A stretch of DNA of 64,000 nt from Mobula hypostoma. Its lineage: Eukaryota. The stretch covers positions 6,698,001-6,762,000 of the forward strand of contig NC_086101.1 in NCBI RefSeq assembly GCF_963921235.1. Reading direction: 5' to 3'. Below the pieces are notes generated by a model that saw only the letters and a list, made by a program, of their open reading frames with translations, searched no databases and was not told the origin of the DNA. The translations under genes were made by a program, and so were the position numbers. The first letter of the stretch is position 1. Every line of letters begins with the position of its first letter. Shown piece by piece: positions 38,153 to 51,134 of this stretch.

Positions 38153-38306
38153 AACTTCACTGTTATCTGGGTTGAAGTCATCTGCCACTTCTCAGCCCAG
38201 TTCTGCATCCTATCCATGTCCCGCTGTAACCTCTGGCAACCCTCTAGACTATTCACAACATCCCCAACCTTTGTGTCATCAGCAAACTTATTAACCCACC
38301 ATTCTA

Positions 38307-38398
38307 GCAACACACATCAAAGTTGCTGGTGAACGCAGCAGGCCAAGCAGCATCTATAGGAAGAGGCGCAGTCGACGTTTCAGGCCGAGACCCTTCGT
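38307..38398 (-). mobile_element. Short Penelope pLTR fragment with 7-bp TSD
   Basis: CATTCTA at 38300-38306 and 38399-38405; same pLTR sequence as 1118-1210. Confidence 0.82.
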
Positions 38399-39574
38399 CA
38401 TTCTAATTCGTCATCCAGGTCATTATAAAAATCACAAAGAGGAGGGGCCCCGGAACAGATTCCCGTGGAACACCACTGGTCACTGACCTCCATGTTAAGA
38501 ATATGAATCACCTACAACTACCCTATGTCATCAGTGGGCAAGCCAGTCCTGGATCCACAAAGTAAGGTTTCCTTGGACCCCATCCCTCCTTACTTTCTGA
38601 AGGAGCCTTCCATGGGGAACCTTATCAAATGCCTTACTGAAATCTATATACACTACATCCACTGCTCTACCTTCACCAATGTGCTTTGCTACTTCCTCAA
38701 ACATTTCAATCAGGCTCGTAAGGCATGAGCTGCCCTTGACAAGACCATGCTGACTATCCCTAATCAGATTATGTCTCTCCAAATGCTAATAAATCCTGCC
38801 TCTCAGGATCTTCAACAACTTCCCCAGCACTGAGGTCAGGCTCACTGGTCAATAATTTCTTGGGTTATAGACTCCCTTTCTTGAACAAGGGAACAACATT
38901 TTCAACTCGCCAATCCTCCGGTTCTTCTCCTTTCCAATTGATTACAATAAAATCATTACAAGGTGCTCAGCAATCTCCTCCCCGCTTCCCACAGTAGCCT
39001 GGGGTATATCACATCCGGTCCCGGTGACTTAATGTTTTTCAAAACATCCAGCACATCCTCTTTCTCAATGTCTATATGCTCAAGCCTTTCAGTCCACTGT
39101 AAGTAATCCCCACAATTGTCAAGGTCTTTTTTTTCCTGGTGAACACTGAATTAAAGTATACATTAATACCTCTGCTGCCTTCTCCGACCCCATGCACACG
39201 TTTCCCTATCACACCTGATTGATCCTATTCTCACATAGCTCATTCTCTTGCTCTTCACATACTTGTAGAATGCCTTGGGGGTTTCCTTAATCCTGCTCAC
39301 CAAGGCCTTCTTGTGGCCCCTTCTGGCTCACCTAATTCCATTCTTAAACTCCTTCCTAGCAAACTTGTAATTTCCTAAAGCTCCAACAGTACCTAGTTTC
39401 TGGAACCTTTCACAAGCTTTTCTTTTCTTCTTAACTTGATCTTCTGCATCCTTTGTACACCATGGGTCTTTAACCCTACCATCCTTTCCCTGCCTTAATG
39501 GAACATACCTATGCAGATCTCCAAGCAAATGTTCCCTGAACATTTGCCTAATAGCAAATGTTATTTGCTAATAG

Positions 39575-40643
39575 CCAGGCCCAGCATTTCGTTCATTAAT
39601 GCCAACGGCGGCCTGTCTCCCGAACCATCCAGGTGCAGTAAGCGACAGCTCGCTTGCGCCGTGAGAGTCCAAAAGTCCTTATGAGCAGGCCTTTGAATGC
39701 TGTGTACCTGCCGTCCTCCGGGAGCGACTCTATAAACTCCTCAACTTGTGCAGCTGTCTCCTGGTCGAGGGAGCTCAGCACGTAGTAGTAACGAGTGGAA
39801 TCCGAGGTTGTCGTTGGAATTTAGAAGATTGAGGGGGGATCTGATTGAAACGTATAAGATCCTAAAGGGATTGGACAGGCTAGATGCAGGAAGATTGTTC
39901 CCGATGTTGGGGAGGTCTAGAACGAGGGGTCACAGTTTGAGGATAGAGGGGAAGCCTTTTAGGACCGAGGTTAGGAAAAACTTCTTCACACAGAGAGTGG
40001 TGAATCTGTGGAATTCTCTGCCACAGCAAACTGTTGAGGCCAGTTCATTAGCTATGTTTAAAAGGAAGTTAGATATGGCCCTTGTGGCTACAGGGGTCAG
40101 GGGGTATGGAGGGAAGGCTGGGTTCTGAGTTGGATGATCAGCCATGATCATAATAAATGGCGGAGCAGGCTCGAAGGGCCGAATGGCCTACTCCTGCACC
40201 TATTTTCTATGTTTCTATGTTTCTATGTTATCTGCCGAATGTGGAATTCGGCTTCTGCTTGTTCGAACCATAGGCGAGCTCGCAGCGTCCAGAAACTTGG
40301 CAGTTTTAACGAAACTGCGTGACCAGATGCGGCGTCGGTCATCTCTGGTCCAAATATCGTTTGGGCCGTCGGGGTCACCAAATGCAGCGGTGTGCTACAC
40401 ACAGCGCTAGAATAACGACACGTAGTCGGTGAGTTGTAGTTGCGAAATAAGAGATTTATACAAACTTCGCGGCCTCCTTTAAAGCCTTACTACTGTGGGG
40501 AATGCATACTCGCAGACCCTTTCCGCGCGGGATTTTCCCCCTGCTGGTGAAGATGGCCTGGCGGCCTTTCTGGGGCCGGCCTCTCTGCCTGCGCGTAGCG
40601 TTTTGTGAGCCGGTTCGAGTGCGCTGGAAAGTGGGTCGCCACA
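39575..40643 (-). mobile_element. Gypsy-like LTR retrotransposon 5' part: LTR 40643-40383, tRNA-Trp PBS, gag N-terminus
   Basis: TGT...GCA LTR (261 bp); PBS TGGTGACCCCGACG at 40380-40367; ATG 40342 MTDAASGHAVSLKLPSFW..WFEQAEAEFHIRQI / TSDSTRYYYVLSSLD; interrupted by CR1. Confidence 0.85.
39810..40229 (+). mobile_element. CR1 3' end inserted into gag
   Basis: LEFRRLRGDLIETYK..WNSLP; (TTTCTATG)n tail. Confidence 0.9.
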
Positions 40644-41242
40644 CCCTCTCAATTTCAATCTCCATAGTCGGGGGAATCTCCAGCGCCTCCCGTAGCAGCT
40701 TTTCTACAAAGTCTATCATCGACAATCCCTCCGCTCCTGCGGGTACATTATAAATCCTGATGTTTTTCCGTCGCGAGCTTCCCTCTTGGTCAAGCAATTT
40801 ACTTTCCTGTTGATTTAATATTTTTATCGTCTTACTAAGTATCTGTTCCACGTTTTGCACGCGATCTTCCGCCTTCTCAATTCGAGTCTCCGCCACCGCT
40901 ATTTTCTGATTGACGTTGGCGAGCTCTGTCTTTATATCATTGAGTTGAAGTTTTATATCATTTTGGATTTCCCTTATCTCTTCCAAAATCCTTATCATAT
41001 TTGCCGCTTCGCCCGGACGAGGCCCCGTGTCAGCCGCGCCTCCACCTTTCACCTTTCTCTCCCATAAGCTCCGCAGTGACGCTTTTTTATCTCCATTCTT
41101 TTCCCCATCCTTGCCCCCCAATCAATTCAGATATTTTCAAAAGATCTTCTATTTGATGGATAAATGGGGCAAAATATGCGTTTTTCCGGAGGAGCTATTG
41201 ATTTAAGCTGCCATTCTGAGCGATGACGTCACCGGAACCGCC
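40644..41242 (-). mobile_element. L1 5' UTR + ORF1 N-terminal half
   Basis: Coiled coil followed by SSRRKNIRIYNVPAGAEG..FVEKLL..IEIER (L1 ORF1p RRM start); cut by the Gypsy LTR. Confidence 0.85.
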
Positions 41243-43649
41243 GATTTAGTGGGTATTTGACCATATTCTTTATTTCCTGTCGGAATTTGCTCTGAGTCAC
41301 GGCATAAGTACAACTGTTGGTGCAGGAACTGAGAATCTGCAGCATTACCGACGTGTGTTCTGTGATGTAACGGGGATCAAAAACATAGAACAGTACAGCA
41401 CAGTACAGGCCCTTAAGCCCACAATGTTGTGCCGACCCTCAAACCCTGCCTCCCATATAACCCCCCCCCCACTACCTTAAATTCGTCCATATACCTGTCT
41501 AGTAGCCTCTTAAATTTCACTAGAGTATCTGCCTCCACCACTGACTCGGGCAGTGCATTCCACGCACCAACCACTCTCTGAGTAAAAAACCTTCCTCTAA
41601 TATCCTCTTTGAACTTCCCAACCCTTACCCACTCTTTTGTCCCCGCAGCCCCCTGTGGGTTCGACTGGCCGTTAGAATCCTTCTGACCGTCAGAATATTG
41701 AACAGCAAAATCAGAATGAATGGGAGACAAGGGTAGAATATGCGGTGAAACATCTCAAATGCCGCCCATGAGGGACAGCTTGTGTAGCTCACGGCGAAAA
41801 CACAATCCCAGGGAACACCATCAACTATTTCTCTCGTCCCGTTTGCAAAGTACCCGGACTCAGTCTCCAAACAGGCCAGCACACTCACTGTCCCGATAAC
41901 CACAGCCGCCGTTCTCTCGGTTTTGTTTTCAGCTTCTCACAGCAAATAGGCACAAATCGATCGACGGCGAAAGCGACAGTCAGCCAGACTGAGGTCGCAG
42001 TGCTCGCAAATGTCAGTCGGAAAACGAGCCTGCACGCGTGGGTGATGAACACGAATGATCGAGGAAAACAAATCTCAGCAGGGGATTCGTGATAACGACC
42101 AGGAGATCGGCCGCTGCCATTCCCACCAGGTAGCGAGTGACACATTTAGAGAGATCACACTTTCTCCGAGACAGGATCACAATCACCACCCAAGTTCGCT
42201 GGAAGAGAGAATGGGAACAGCAAGTTGAGAAAATAGTGAGCAGAAGCCAATGCTTTGAGGGGATCCTGCAATATTTCCACTTTATTGTTGCATTTAGCGT
42301 TGGAAGGTTCGTGAGAGGGCGCAGAGCTGGCGGAGTCAGAGAAGGAAATTACACAGTTTAATAAAGTCTGTATGTTCTGAACACGGATTCCATACTGATG
42401 TGAAGTGGCAGCGGACAGCTAAAACTGCGTAACTACCTCCTCAGAGACAATACTGGATGGAATATTTGGTACCGGCACCTTCCGGGTCTTGTGTGGATGA
42501 TATGAATGAATCCGGACGCTGATGGCGGGATTCTTCCCTTAGACTATAATCAATTTCCATTGCAATCCCTGTCAGCGACAGAACAACCGAACGACGGAAC
42601 AAAAACAGGATTCCGGAAACACTCATCCGGGCAAAGCACAATATGTGGAAAAACGGTTAAAGTATCTCGCCTCAGAACTGTTATCCGAGAGATCCCTGAC
42701 ACGAGTGTTATCTGGTTTATCTTTCCATACAAGCTGTTTGGGGCTTAGTGATTCCAGGATTCCCCCAGTTTGTTTCCTATTCCAGCATTTGCCACATCAC
42801 TGAATTTACAGCAGAACATTGACTGATTCCAACAGATACAGCGCAGTCAGACACAACCTCACAGACAGACATGACGCCTCCCATTGAATCCATCACAGGG
42901 AAGCAGGGAGAGGAATTCATCGTTCTGCTGCAAACTCGCTGCCGTTATCAGATGTCTGTAACAGTGTCAGTTGTAATTATAATAGAATAAGTTTCACAGT
43001 ATTGATAACTATGAAGCACCGAGTCGGTTGTGTTAATTTACTCATCAACGAATTCATTGTGTTGCCCATCAACTGCTCTGCATTCTGTCATAGGACAGTC
43101 ATTTATTAAAAATCTATAACAGTTTCGTGTTTTAACACGGAACTCCTCACATTTGCTGAAGTCTTGCTACCAGTCGATAGTCTGACTGTTGCACGTAGCT
43201 CAGACAATCGCTCACATGCAAAGGCAGACAATCAATTGGTACAAACTTAGCGGGCTGCAGAAGCACAATATTTGCAAATGCAGTGCAGCTGCTACATGAT
43301 CAAAAGCACAGCGACCCGAACATCCCATTATTGACCACAAACCGCTGGAAGAAACCTGCCTGACCCGCTTAGTTCCATAGCAGTTGGCGGATTCAGTGAA
43401 CTCCTGCAGCGGCTGGTCTTCAGATCAAACCCTTGCATCTATATTGCCGGTGCTTGCATTCAATTCTTGAAATATGGAATACTGGCACTGGACAGGTGAT
43501 AGTGGAAACCAGCGACAGAAAAAAATCACATCGTTGGAATTAAACTTCAACTCCCAAAAACAGTATCTGAAACTTCGACTTACCGGGAATTCCAAAGGCT
43601 TAAATAAAAGGATAGTAACTGGACTACACCATATGACTGGATACATCAT
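41243..43649 (-). pseudogene. GPR139-like class A GPCR pseudogene (2 exons)
   Basis: Exon 1 43649-43584 (MMYPVIW / YYPFI*AFGIP, G|gtaag) has a frameshift and stop. Exon 2 starts at 42198 (ttccag|CGAAC: ..IVILSRRKCDLSKCVTRYLVGMAAADLLVVI; TSVWLTVAFAVDRFVPICC; PCLPFILILLFNILTVRRIL). TM7 LQILSSCTNSCTYAVTQSKFRQE lies at 41243-41380. The TM6 region is replaced by a CR1 fragment. Confidence 0.85.
41381..41628 (-). mobile_element. CR1 3' fragment within the GPCR pseudogene
   Basis: FFTQRVVGAWNALP and tail. Confidence 0.8.
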
Positions 43650-44289
43650 TTCAGTGATTTCTGTTCTTCCTGGATTCACAGCTCCGTTAGACACTTTGAG
43701 CTGATGCATTGAAATCGGCGCTGATTTATGCAGACGATCAGTCTCCAGTCTACATTCATTGGAACAAACACTTTAATTCAAAGCCTCATAGCGTCTGATG
43801 TAAATATTGAGCTAATTAAAAGCAATTACTTCAGAATTCTCTGGAATTACGTCAGGCGTGTCTCTGGTGGAAATAAGGCCAGCAGATTTAATTACAAATA
43901 CTGAGCTTTGTCTCGAAGCAGGACAGATCTTATCTTTCTGTTGACTAATTACTCATGTCTGACCGGAGGCCAGCGACTCTGACAGAGCACGACTTTCAGT
44001 CCCTACAGTTTCCCACCTTGAATTGTCTTTCAGTGCATTCGTTTCTTCCTTACCGCGCGCGCGCAAACACACACACACACACACACAAACACAGAATTGT
44101 ATCTCCAAAGCTACAATGAAGAGATCGAGGTCAGGATGAAAACGGTCACAAATGAACACGTGAATATCTACAGATGCTGGACAGCCGAGGCAACACAAGG
44201 AACTCTGCTGAGCTGCTCCAACATTTTGTGTGTGATGTTGTTGATCTAATAATCTTCCATGAGCATCTCAAATCAGCCAACGGTCAAAA

Positions 44290-47200
44290 GAAATTGAGAA
44301 GAAATATTTCAACCTGCAACCTGTAAATTGTGGGGTACCCTGATAAAAAAAACTTCTGATAATCAAAGTAAATTATATCAACTTCTCTATTGTTATCATA
44401 AATTATAGTTACCTCCCCATAGAACTGCAACATATTAGTAAAATTTGATTTAACCTTTCTGAACCCATGCTGGCTTTCTGCTAACATGCCTGGTCTTATC
44501 AGCTGTTTTTCCTACTCGGTCTTCATTAGTGTTTCACTTATCTTACCGACGATACACGTTAGCCTTACTGGCCCATAGTCACCAGGGTCAGTGCAGTCGC
44601 CCTTCTTATATACCGGGGCAACGTTAACACTTTTCAAGTCCTTAAAAATTTCACCAAACTTTACAGAATTTGAAAAACGTACTTGTTAGGGGTTTGTATA
44701 GTTAATCGCAGACTTCCTTAATTTGTTAACTGATTTATTAACTTAACTCAAAAATTTACAGGATATTAGGTCCCCTCCAGTTCAGGAGCAATCCATCTCT
44801 TGTGTACAGGTCACCCTGCCACAGAAGAAATTGCAGTGATCCAAGAACCTGAATCTTTCCCCCTGCATCAGTCGCTCATTCATCTGAATCATCATTCCAT
44901 TTCTAACCTCACCAATATGAGGCACAGAGTGCAAACTAGAGATTACTGTTTTTTAGTTGTGCTTTCTAATTTCTTTCCTAATTCCCTCTGTTCACAGCGT
45001 ACAAGCACAACCCTCATTTTACCAAATTATATGCACCTCGAGCCCTTGAGAATTTTCGGCAGCCACTCGGACAAGTTCCTGACTCTGGTACTCAAGAGGC
45101 AACAGACCATCCTGCTATCTCTTTTACAGCCACAGAATCTTGAGTCTTCTCTCAAACACTGTCCAGTCTGACCTCGTCCTCCCCGACTGGGCATCTGAGA
45201 CACTGTCAGTGCCAGCAGCCTGGCTGTTGCTGGTGTGCCCTGAGAGGTCATTCCCCCATCGGTATTCAAAACGTGTACGTGTTGTGAGGGCAGCAGCCAC
45301 TGGGGGACCCTGCACTGTCTCACTCTTTCCCTTATCTCTCCTGGTGGTTACTACACTTATCAGCATCCGGTGTCATTGTTCTAGATGAGCCCAGGTCTGT
45401 CGATCTCCAGCTCCATTTATTTCCCACGGTCAGTCGGGAAATACAGCTGGTGAATGTCCCTCATGTTTATTTATAGGGGTCACTAACCGACTCCCTGATC
45501 TCCCACATCCTGAGGCAGAGCGTGTCAGTGGCATAACTGCCATTCTTGCTACTCCAACAGGGAGAGCGATTGGGGAAAAAAATTCACGTCCTAGGGTACA
45601 ACACATCATATGCCATTCCTCTGCACACATTTCCAGATGGTCTATAGACAATAGACAATAGGTGCAGGAGTAGGCCATTCGGTCATTCGAGCCAGCACCG
45701 CCATTCACTGTGATCATGGCTGATCATCCACAATCATTATCCAGTTCCTGCCTTATCCCCACAACCTTTGATTCCGCCATCTTTATGAGCTCTATCCATC
45801 TCTTTCTTGAAAGCATTCAGAGACTTGGCCTCCACAGTCTTCTTGGGCAGAGCATTCCATATATCCACCACTCTCTGGGTGAAAATGTTTTTCCTCAACT
45901 CCGTTCTAAATGGCCTACTCCTTACTCTTAAACTGTGGCCTCTGCTTCTGGACTCACCCATCAGCGGGAACATGCTTCCTGCCTCCAGCGTGTCCAATCC
46001 CCTAATAATCTTATATGTTTCAATAAGATCCCCTCTCAGCCTTCTAAATTCCAGAGTATACAAGCCCAGTCGCTCCAATATTTCAACATATGACAGTCCC
46101 GCCATCTGTTGAATCCTTTCAGACAGTCCAGAGTGAGGTAAATGAGGTTGGGGAGCTGCATTGCCGATCAGGCAAAATGTTGCAAATTTGAGTCTCATCC
46201 AGTAAGCCAATGTGGGTGGAACTCAGTAATAAAAAGGGTGCAATCACTGTGATGAGATTATACTGTAGGACTCCCAATAGTCAGTAAGAGGAAGGAACAG
46301 ACATGTTCGCAGATTATCAGCTGATGTAAATACAACAGAGTAGCTGTAGTTGGTAAATCGTCTCCCCGGAATGATTGAGACTTCCTTACTGCCTGATAAT
46401 TGGATGGGGCATTATTTGTTCGTTGTGTTCAGGAACGTTTCCAGAAAGTGTACGTAGATGGTCCACCAGGGAGGGGAACATACTTGACATAGTATTGGTA
46501 AATGAGCCTAACGAGATGTTTGGAATTTCACTGGGAAAGATTTAAGGGTTATAATTCTGAATGGTTTTAGCTCGTTATTGATTAAGGATGAGGCTGAACC
46601 TGAAGGTGGATGAATGTGAGTTTGTGGAAGAATTGAGCAGGTGTCATAGAGAGCAGTCTGGGAGCTGATGTTACTGGTTGTTACTGGATGGAGCTGATGA
46701 CTTACATGTGAGAGTCACGTACAGCCCAGTCGGTCAGAATTTAGTCCCTGTGAGGAGGGTAGAGAAGGACAGGGATGGTCAGGACTTTGGTGTGATGAGA
46801 AATATTATATTTGTTTAAAAATGTAAGAGGAGTCATATGCAAGGACGAGGAAGATGAAATTGGACAGAGTTGTGGAGGAACATACAGGAAGCAAGGAACA
46901 AGTCACACTGTGAATCCAGAGAGTGAAGAGTTCCTCGCATGATAACTATGGCTCCGGGCATAAACTCCCACCTTTGTCCAAAGGATTCTGTTGAATCCTT
47001 TGCAATCTTCCTCAATAACCACAACGGTATCAAATTTTTGTGTCAATTATGCAGTTTCCTGGTTGGTCTTGTTAAACGGCGAACATTATTAGGTCATCTG
47101 CAGGTGTCTGCAGCAACATGTGTAATTAAAAATAGATTTCAAATATCTCTGTGAAAGCCCATGCCATCTGCAATCTTGCCCCATTCACTCAATAACCTGG

Positions 47201-47800
47201 AATTAATTCTAGCCATCCTGGTGAGTTATCCACCTTCGTGTTCTTCGAAAGTCCCAATGTTCCCAGCAATTTGTTCGCAATGTGCGCGAAATATCAACGT
47301 ATCCTTCCTGATGCTTATTTCCCCATCACTTTCTGTTTGGTGAGTACTGACGTGAAATATTCATTTGGTGATTTGGTCACTTATTCTGTCTCCAGACGTA
47401 CTTTTACTCCTCCACTACTGAGTTGGCGATATTCCTGCTTTCTCTGCAGTGTCCCATTTGTTTTTAATGTACGTACAAGATGTTCTCTCCAGGCTTGCTC
47501 AGCAAAATAATTCCCTGTCCCTTACCATCTTTCAGCACTGCAGATTATTTTTTTAAATGCATATTGCTGCATATCCATCAAGGGCATTGTCTAATTTCCA
47601 CTTTGTAAACATTCCTTATCATTGCTTTTCCTTTTTGACTGCATTTACAACATCTCTGATCGTGCAATGTTCTTAGATCTGGACTCTTGTCTTTCCCCTC
47701 ATATAAACCATTTGAATTTCGAACCACTCATCATTAAATAACTTTTACAGATCAGGTGTGAGTTACAGCTGCTCCCGGTCTCTGCTCTCCCCAGTTCCTA
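44290..47800. mobile_element. Cluster of old CR1 fragments on both strands; younger 3' end at 45640-46105 (-)
   Basis: SQHGFRK..NMLQFY, esterase remnant RMVCCL, LEFRRLRGDLIETYK. Confidence 0.7.
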
Positions 47801-48024
47801 CCTAACATACTTCTTATCAGCTTGCAACACACACAAAATGCTGAAGGAACTCAGCATCTATGGAAAATAGTAAACTGTCAACAATTCGGGCAGAGGCCCT
47901 TTAACAAGACTGGAAAAAAGAAACGAGAGGTGAGGATAAGAAGGTCGGAGGTGAGCATGAAGTACAGGGTGGAAGGTCATCATTAGCTTGCCCTTAGTTT
48001 AGCAAATTCCTCCAAGATTGTGTC

Positions 48025-49076
48025 TGTCACGGTCCCGGACGTCCCTCCCGTTTCATTCACGAGTCTCCTTTGTCAACTCTCTGTTACATTCTGAGGGATT
48101 GAGGGGATAGATAGTGTCCATGAATTGTAGTCCGTTATCACGGTTGTACAGTTCTCTGTCCTTGAAGTGTTGTGGTTGTTCTCGTGTTTAACGGTGCTGT
48201 ACAGGACCGTGTGCTCTCTGCACAGTGCTGTGAGTTTTATTGTTCTGTGTCCTGGTAGTGAAGGTCTACATATGGTCAAGTTCACTGTCCCTGTAGTCAA
48301 ATGTTGACTATTCCAGAGTAGTCACATATGCAGGCCATGTTTAGGTCTGAGAACTGTCAAGATCGGCTCCTTTTTGAACTCTGAACTGTTTGAAGTGTGA
48401 TGGACAGACGATACCCCAGCAGGGGGATAAAAAGGGACAGGTTCGCTAAGGAAGGACACACACGACACCACGAGGTAACGAGACCCTGGAAGCGGTGCGC
48501 CTTCCACAAGCCGGTGGGAGTTTTTGGAGGGCTGATCTCGGGACCAGGCCATAGACGCACAGGGTGGAAAGGTACGATCGGCGGGAACCTGGTGTGTGTC
48601 CGCCTTTGCCTGGGTGCCAGGTTCACTGCAGAGGAACGATCGTATCTGAAACGGAGGGGTCACAGTCGGTGACCTCAGAAGACATTACGAAGGGCTCGCC
48701 CGAAAGCTGACTGTGAGGAATATCGAAGGTCTGTTTGGAATCCGATTTTGAGTATTCTCTCTCTCTCTCTCTCTCTCTCTCCCACGGCACGGCAGTGATT
48801 ACTGTGAACTGAACTGAACTCAATTGAACTGAACTTTGCGTCACTTCGAAACTGGTCATTTACCCCTAGACGACGATAGAGATTGATTGATCCTGTTATC
48901 CTAATTCTGTGGACATGTGTGTTTATCATTGCTGAACTGTTGCATTTATTATTCTTTCGATCAGAGTACTATGTTGCTTATTTCTTTAATAAAACTTTCT
49001 TAGTTCCAGTAATCCAGACTCCAACTGAGTGATCCATTTCTGCTGGCTTGGCAACCCAGTTACGGGGTACGTAACA
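48025..49076 (+). mobile_element. Probable solo LTR (about 1.05 kb)
   Basis: TGTCAC...GTAACA termini, GATAAAA TATA-like box near 48426, AATAAA near 48988, internal (CT)n; no TSD seen. Confidence 0.65.
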
Positions 49077-50278
49077 ATACACTTTCTGGAAACGGTCCTG
49101 AACACAACGAAGAAATAATGCCCCATCCAATTATCAGGCAGTAAGGAAGTCTCAGTCATTCTGGGGAGACGATTTACCAACTACAGCTACCCTGCAGTTT
49201 TTACATCAGCTGATAATCTGCTAACATGTCTGTTCCTCCCTCTTACAGGCTATTGGGAGGCCTGCAGTATAATCTCATCACAGTGATTGCACCCTTTATA
49301 TTTCTGAGTTCCACCCACATTGTCTTAGTGGATGAGCCTCAACCTTGTGACATTGTGCCTGATCGGCAATGCAGCTCCCCAACCTCATTTACCTCCCTCT
49401 GGACTGTCTGAATCATATGAATCCTGGAATGTTTCCATACCAGTCTTGCTTTTCTCTTAACCAGATCTCTGTAGTGGTTGCATCACCGTGCCATGTACTG
49501 ATCCAGACTCTAAGTACGTCTGCTTTCACTGTTCTACACCCTGCTCTGAAATAAACTCACTTCCGCCCTTCGGTGCCACTGTACTCATTAACGTGGCCCC
49601 ATCTTGACTTCCTTTTGCGGTTCCTCGACCTCATCTCCTCCTTCCACTCAATGCTACCTACTGACCTGTAGCTCTGGATCCCAACATCCTCTCCACATGC
49701 AACATGATTAAAATTATCACGGTGGCTCCAGCAAGCTTCCCTGTGAGAATATTATTTCCCATTCAGTGTAACATCATTCTCACTCATCCTGGAAGAGAGC
49801 CCAATGTTCTGTATTCCTGATGCCCTCCTTCCTGCACCAGATTGTTAGTCACACATCTGTGTACCAAGCGTGCGTAACCGAAATTAATCCTGAAATCATC
49901 ACCCCGGAGTTCTTACTTCTTAACTTTCTTCCCAGCTCCCTGAATTCTCTTTGAAGGACCTTGTCTCTCTGTTGTTAGTTCTAACAAGGATCACAATCTC
50001 TGGCTGCTCACCCGACCCTTTCAGAATGGCCCGTACCTTCTCAGAGACATTTGATTCAGCTCAGGCCATTTACTTATGCATTCGCAAACAAAGGAGACTG
50101 CACACGTGTTGAAACCACGCAATTTTTTAGAAATCGTAGGATTTTAATATAGAACAAAAAGTACAAATGTCTACAGTAGTAGCTGTACATAATTCAAAAT
50201 AATACTTAACATCAACTAAGCATGCCGATCTCAGTGATAGAGTGGAACCACAAATCCGGCAATGTCACAATGTCACAC

Positions 50279-50279
<1 letters not shown>

Positions 50280-50329
<50 letters not shown>

Positions 50330-50445
50330 CCTCTCTCTCTCTTCCCTCTCTCCCTTTCTCCCTTTCTCTTCCCTCTCTCCCCTTTCCCCCTCCCTCCTTC
50401 TTCCTCCCTCCTCTCTCTCTCTCGCTCTCTCCCTCTCTCCCTCAC
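50280..50445. repeat. (CT)n microsatellite and polypyrimidine tract
   Basis: Direct observation. Confidence 0.95.
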
Positions 50446-50541
50446 CATATCTGAGACGCTTCACTCTACCGCTGTGACTCTCATTTTTTTCTGTCTCTTC
50501 CACGTGCTCATCCCTCACGCTCAGTCTCGCGACATCTTCCC

Positions 50542-50715
50542 CGTGTCCTCCACCTCGTGCTCTCTCCCTCACGCCAGCTCCCTCGTGTCCTCCCCCTCGC
50601 GCCCTCTCCCTCACGCCAGCTCCCTCGTGTCCTCCCCCTCGCGCCAACTCCCTCGTGTCCTCCCCCTCGCGCCCTTTCCCTCACGCCAGCTCCCCCGTGC
50701 TCTCTCCCCCTCGCG
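50542..50715. repeat. About 42-bp GC-rich minisatellite
   Basis: About 4 units of CGTGTCCTCCCCCTCGCGCCCTCTCCCTCACGCCAGCTCCCT. Confidence 0.85.
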
Positions 50716-51134
50716 ACGTCTCCTTCTGTCGCTCTCCCTCGCGCTGACCATCGCCCGCACCCTCTCCCTCTCTCCTTACAGCCTACCCAGGGTAACTAAA
50801 CCCCGTAGGTTCAGGGAAAATGAGGTGGCATTGATTTTCATCGGTGAGGTCATCAATCTCTCCCCGTCCAGCCTCCCTGACTGAATTAGCCTCTGGGGCT
50901 TGATGGCGGGGTGTTCAGCTGTGTCTGAGGCTGGGAGAGCTGATGGTGACGGTGAATCAGAAGGTGTGAGTAGGCGAGGAGCTGGTTGGCCTCTGAGTGC
51001 TAGAATGGAGCATCCACCGGTCTCCAAGGGCCAAAGCAAGTTGAGTGTGATTGAGTGCAGGATGGGGCAACAGGTATTGAGGGGGGCAGAGGACTCTCAG
51101 TACCATCAGCTGCTCAGCTGTAATTGGAATATAA

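Larger units (their letters stand above)
37135..39545 (-). mobile_element. Degenerate CR1 ORF2 carrying two Penelope pLTR insertions
   Basis: DFSKAFDKVPHGRL, KFADDTKVG, WNALP. Confidence 0.85.

Noticed and set aside
50542..50715. CRISPR-like array
   Set aside because: Head-to-tail tandem units without unique spacers, in eukaryotic DNA with no cas genes
50212..50884. 220-aa and overlapping low-complexity ORFs
   Set aside because: Products of (CT)n and a 42-bp minisatellite; no domain features
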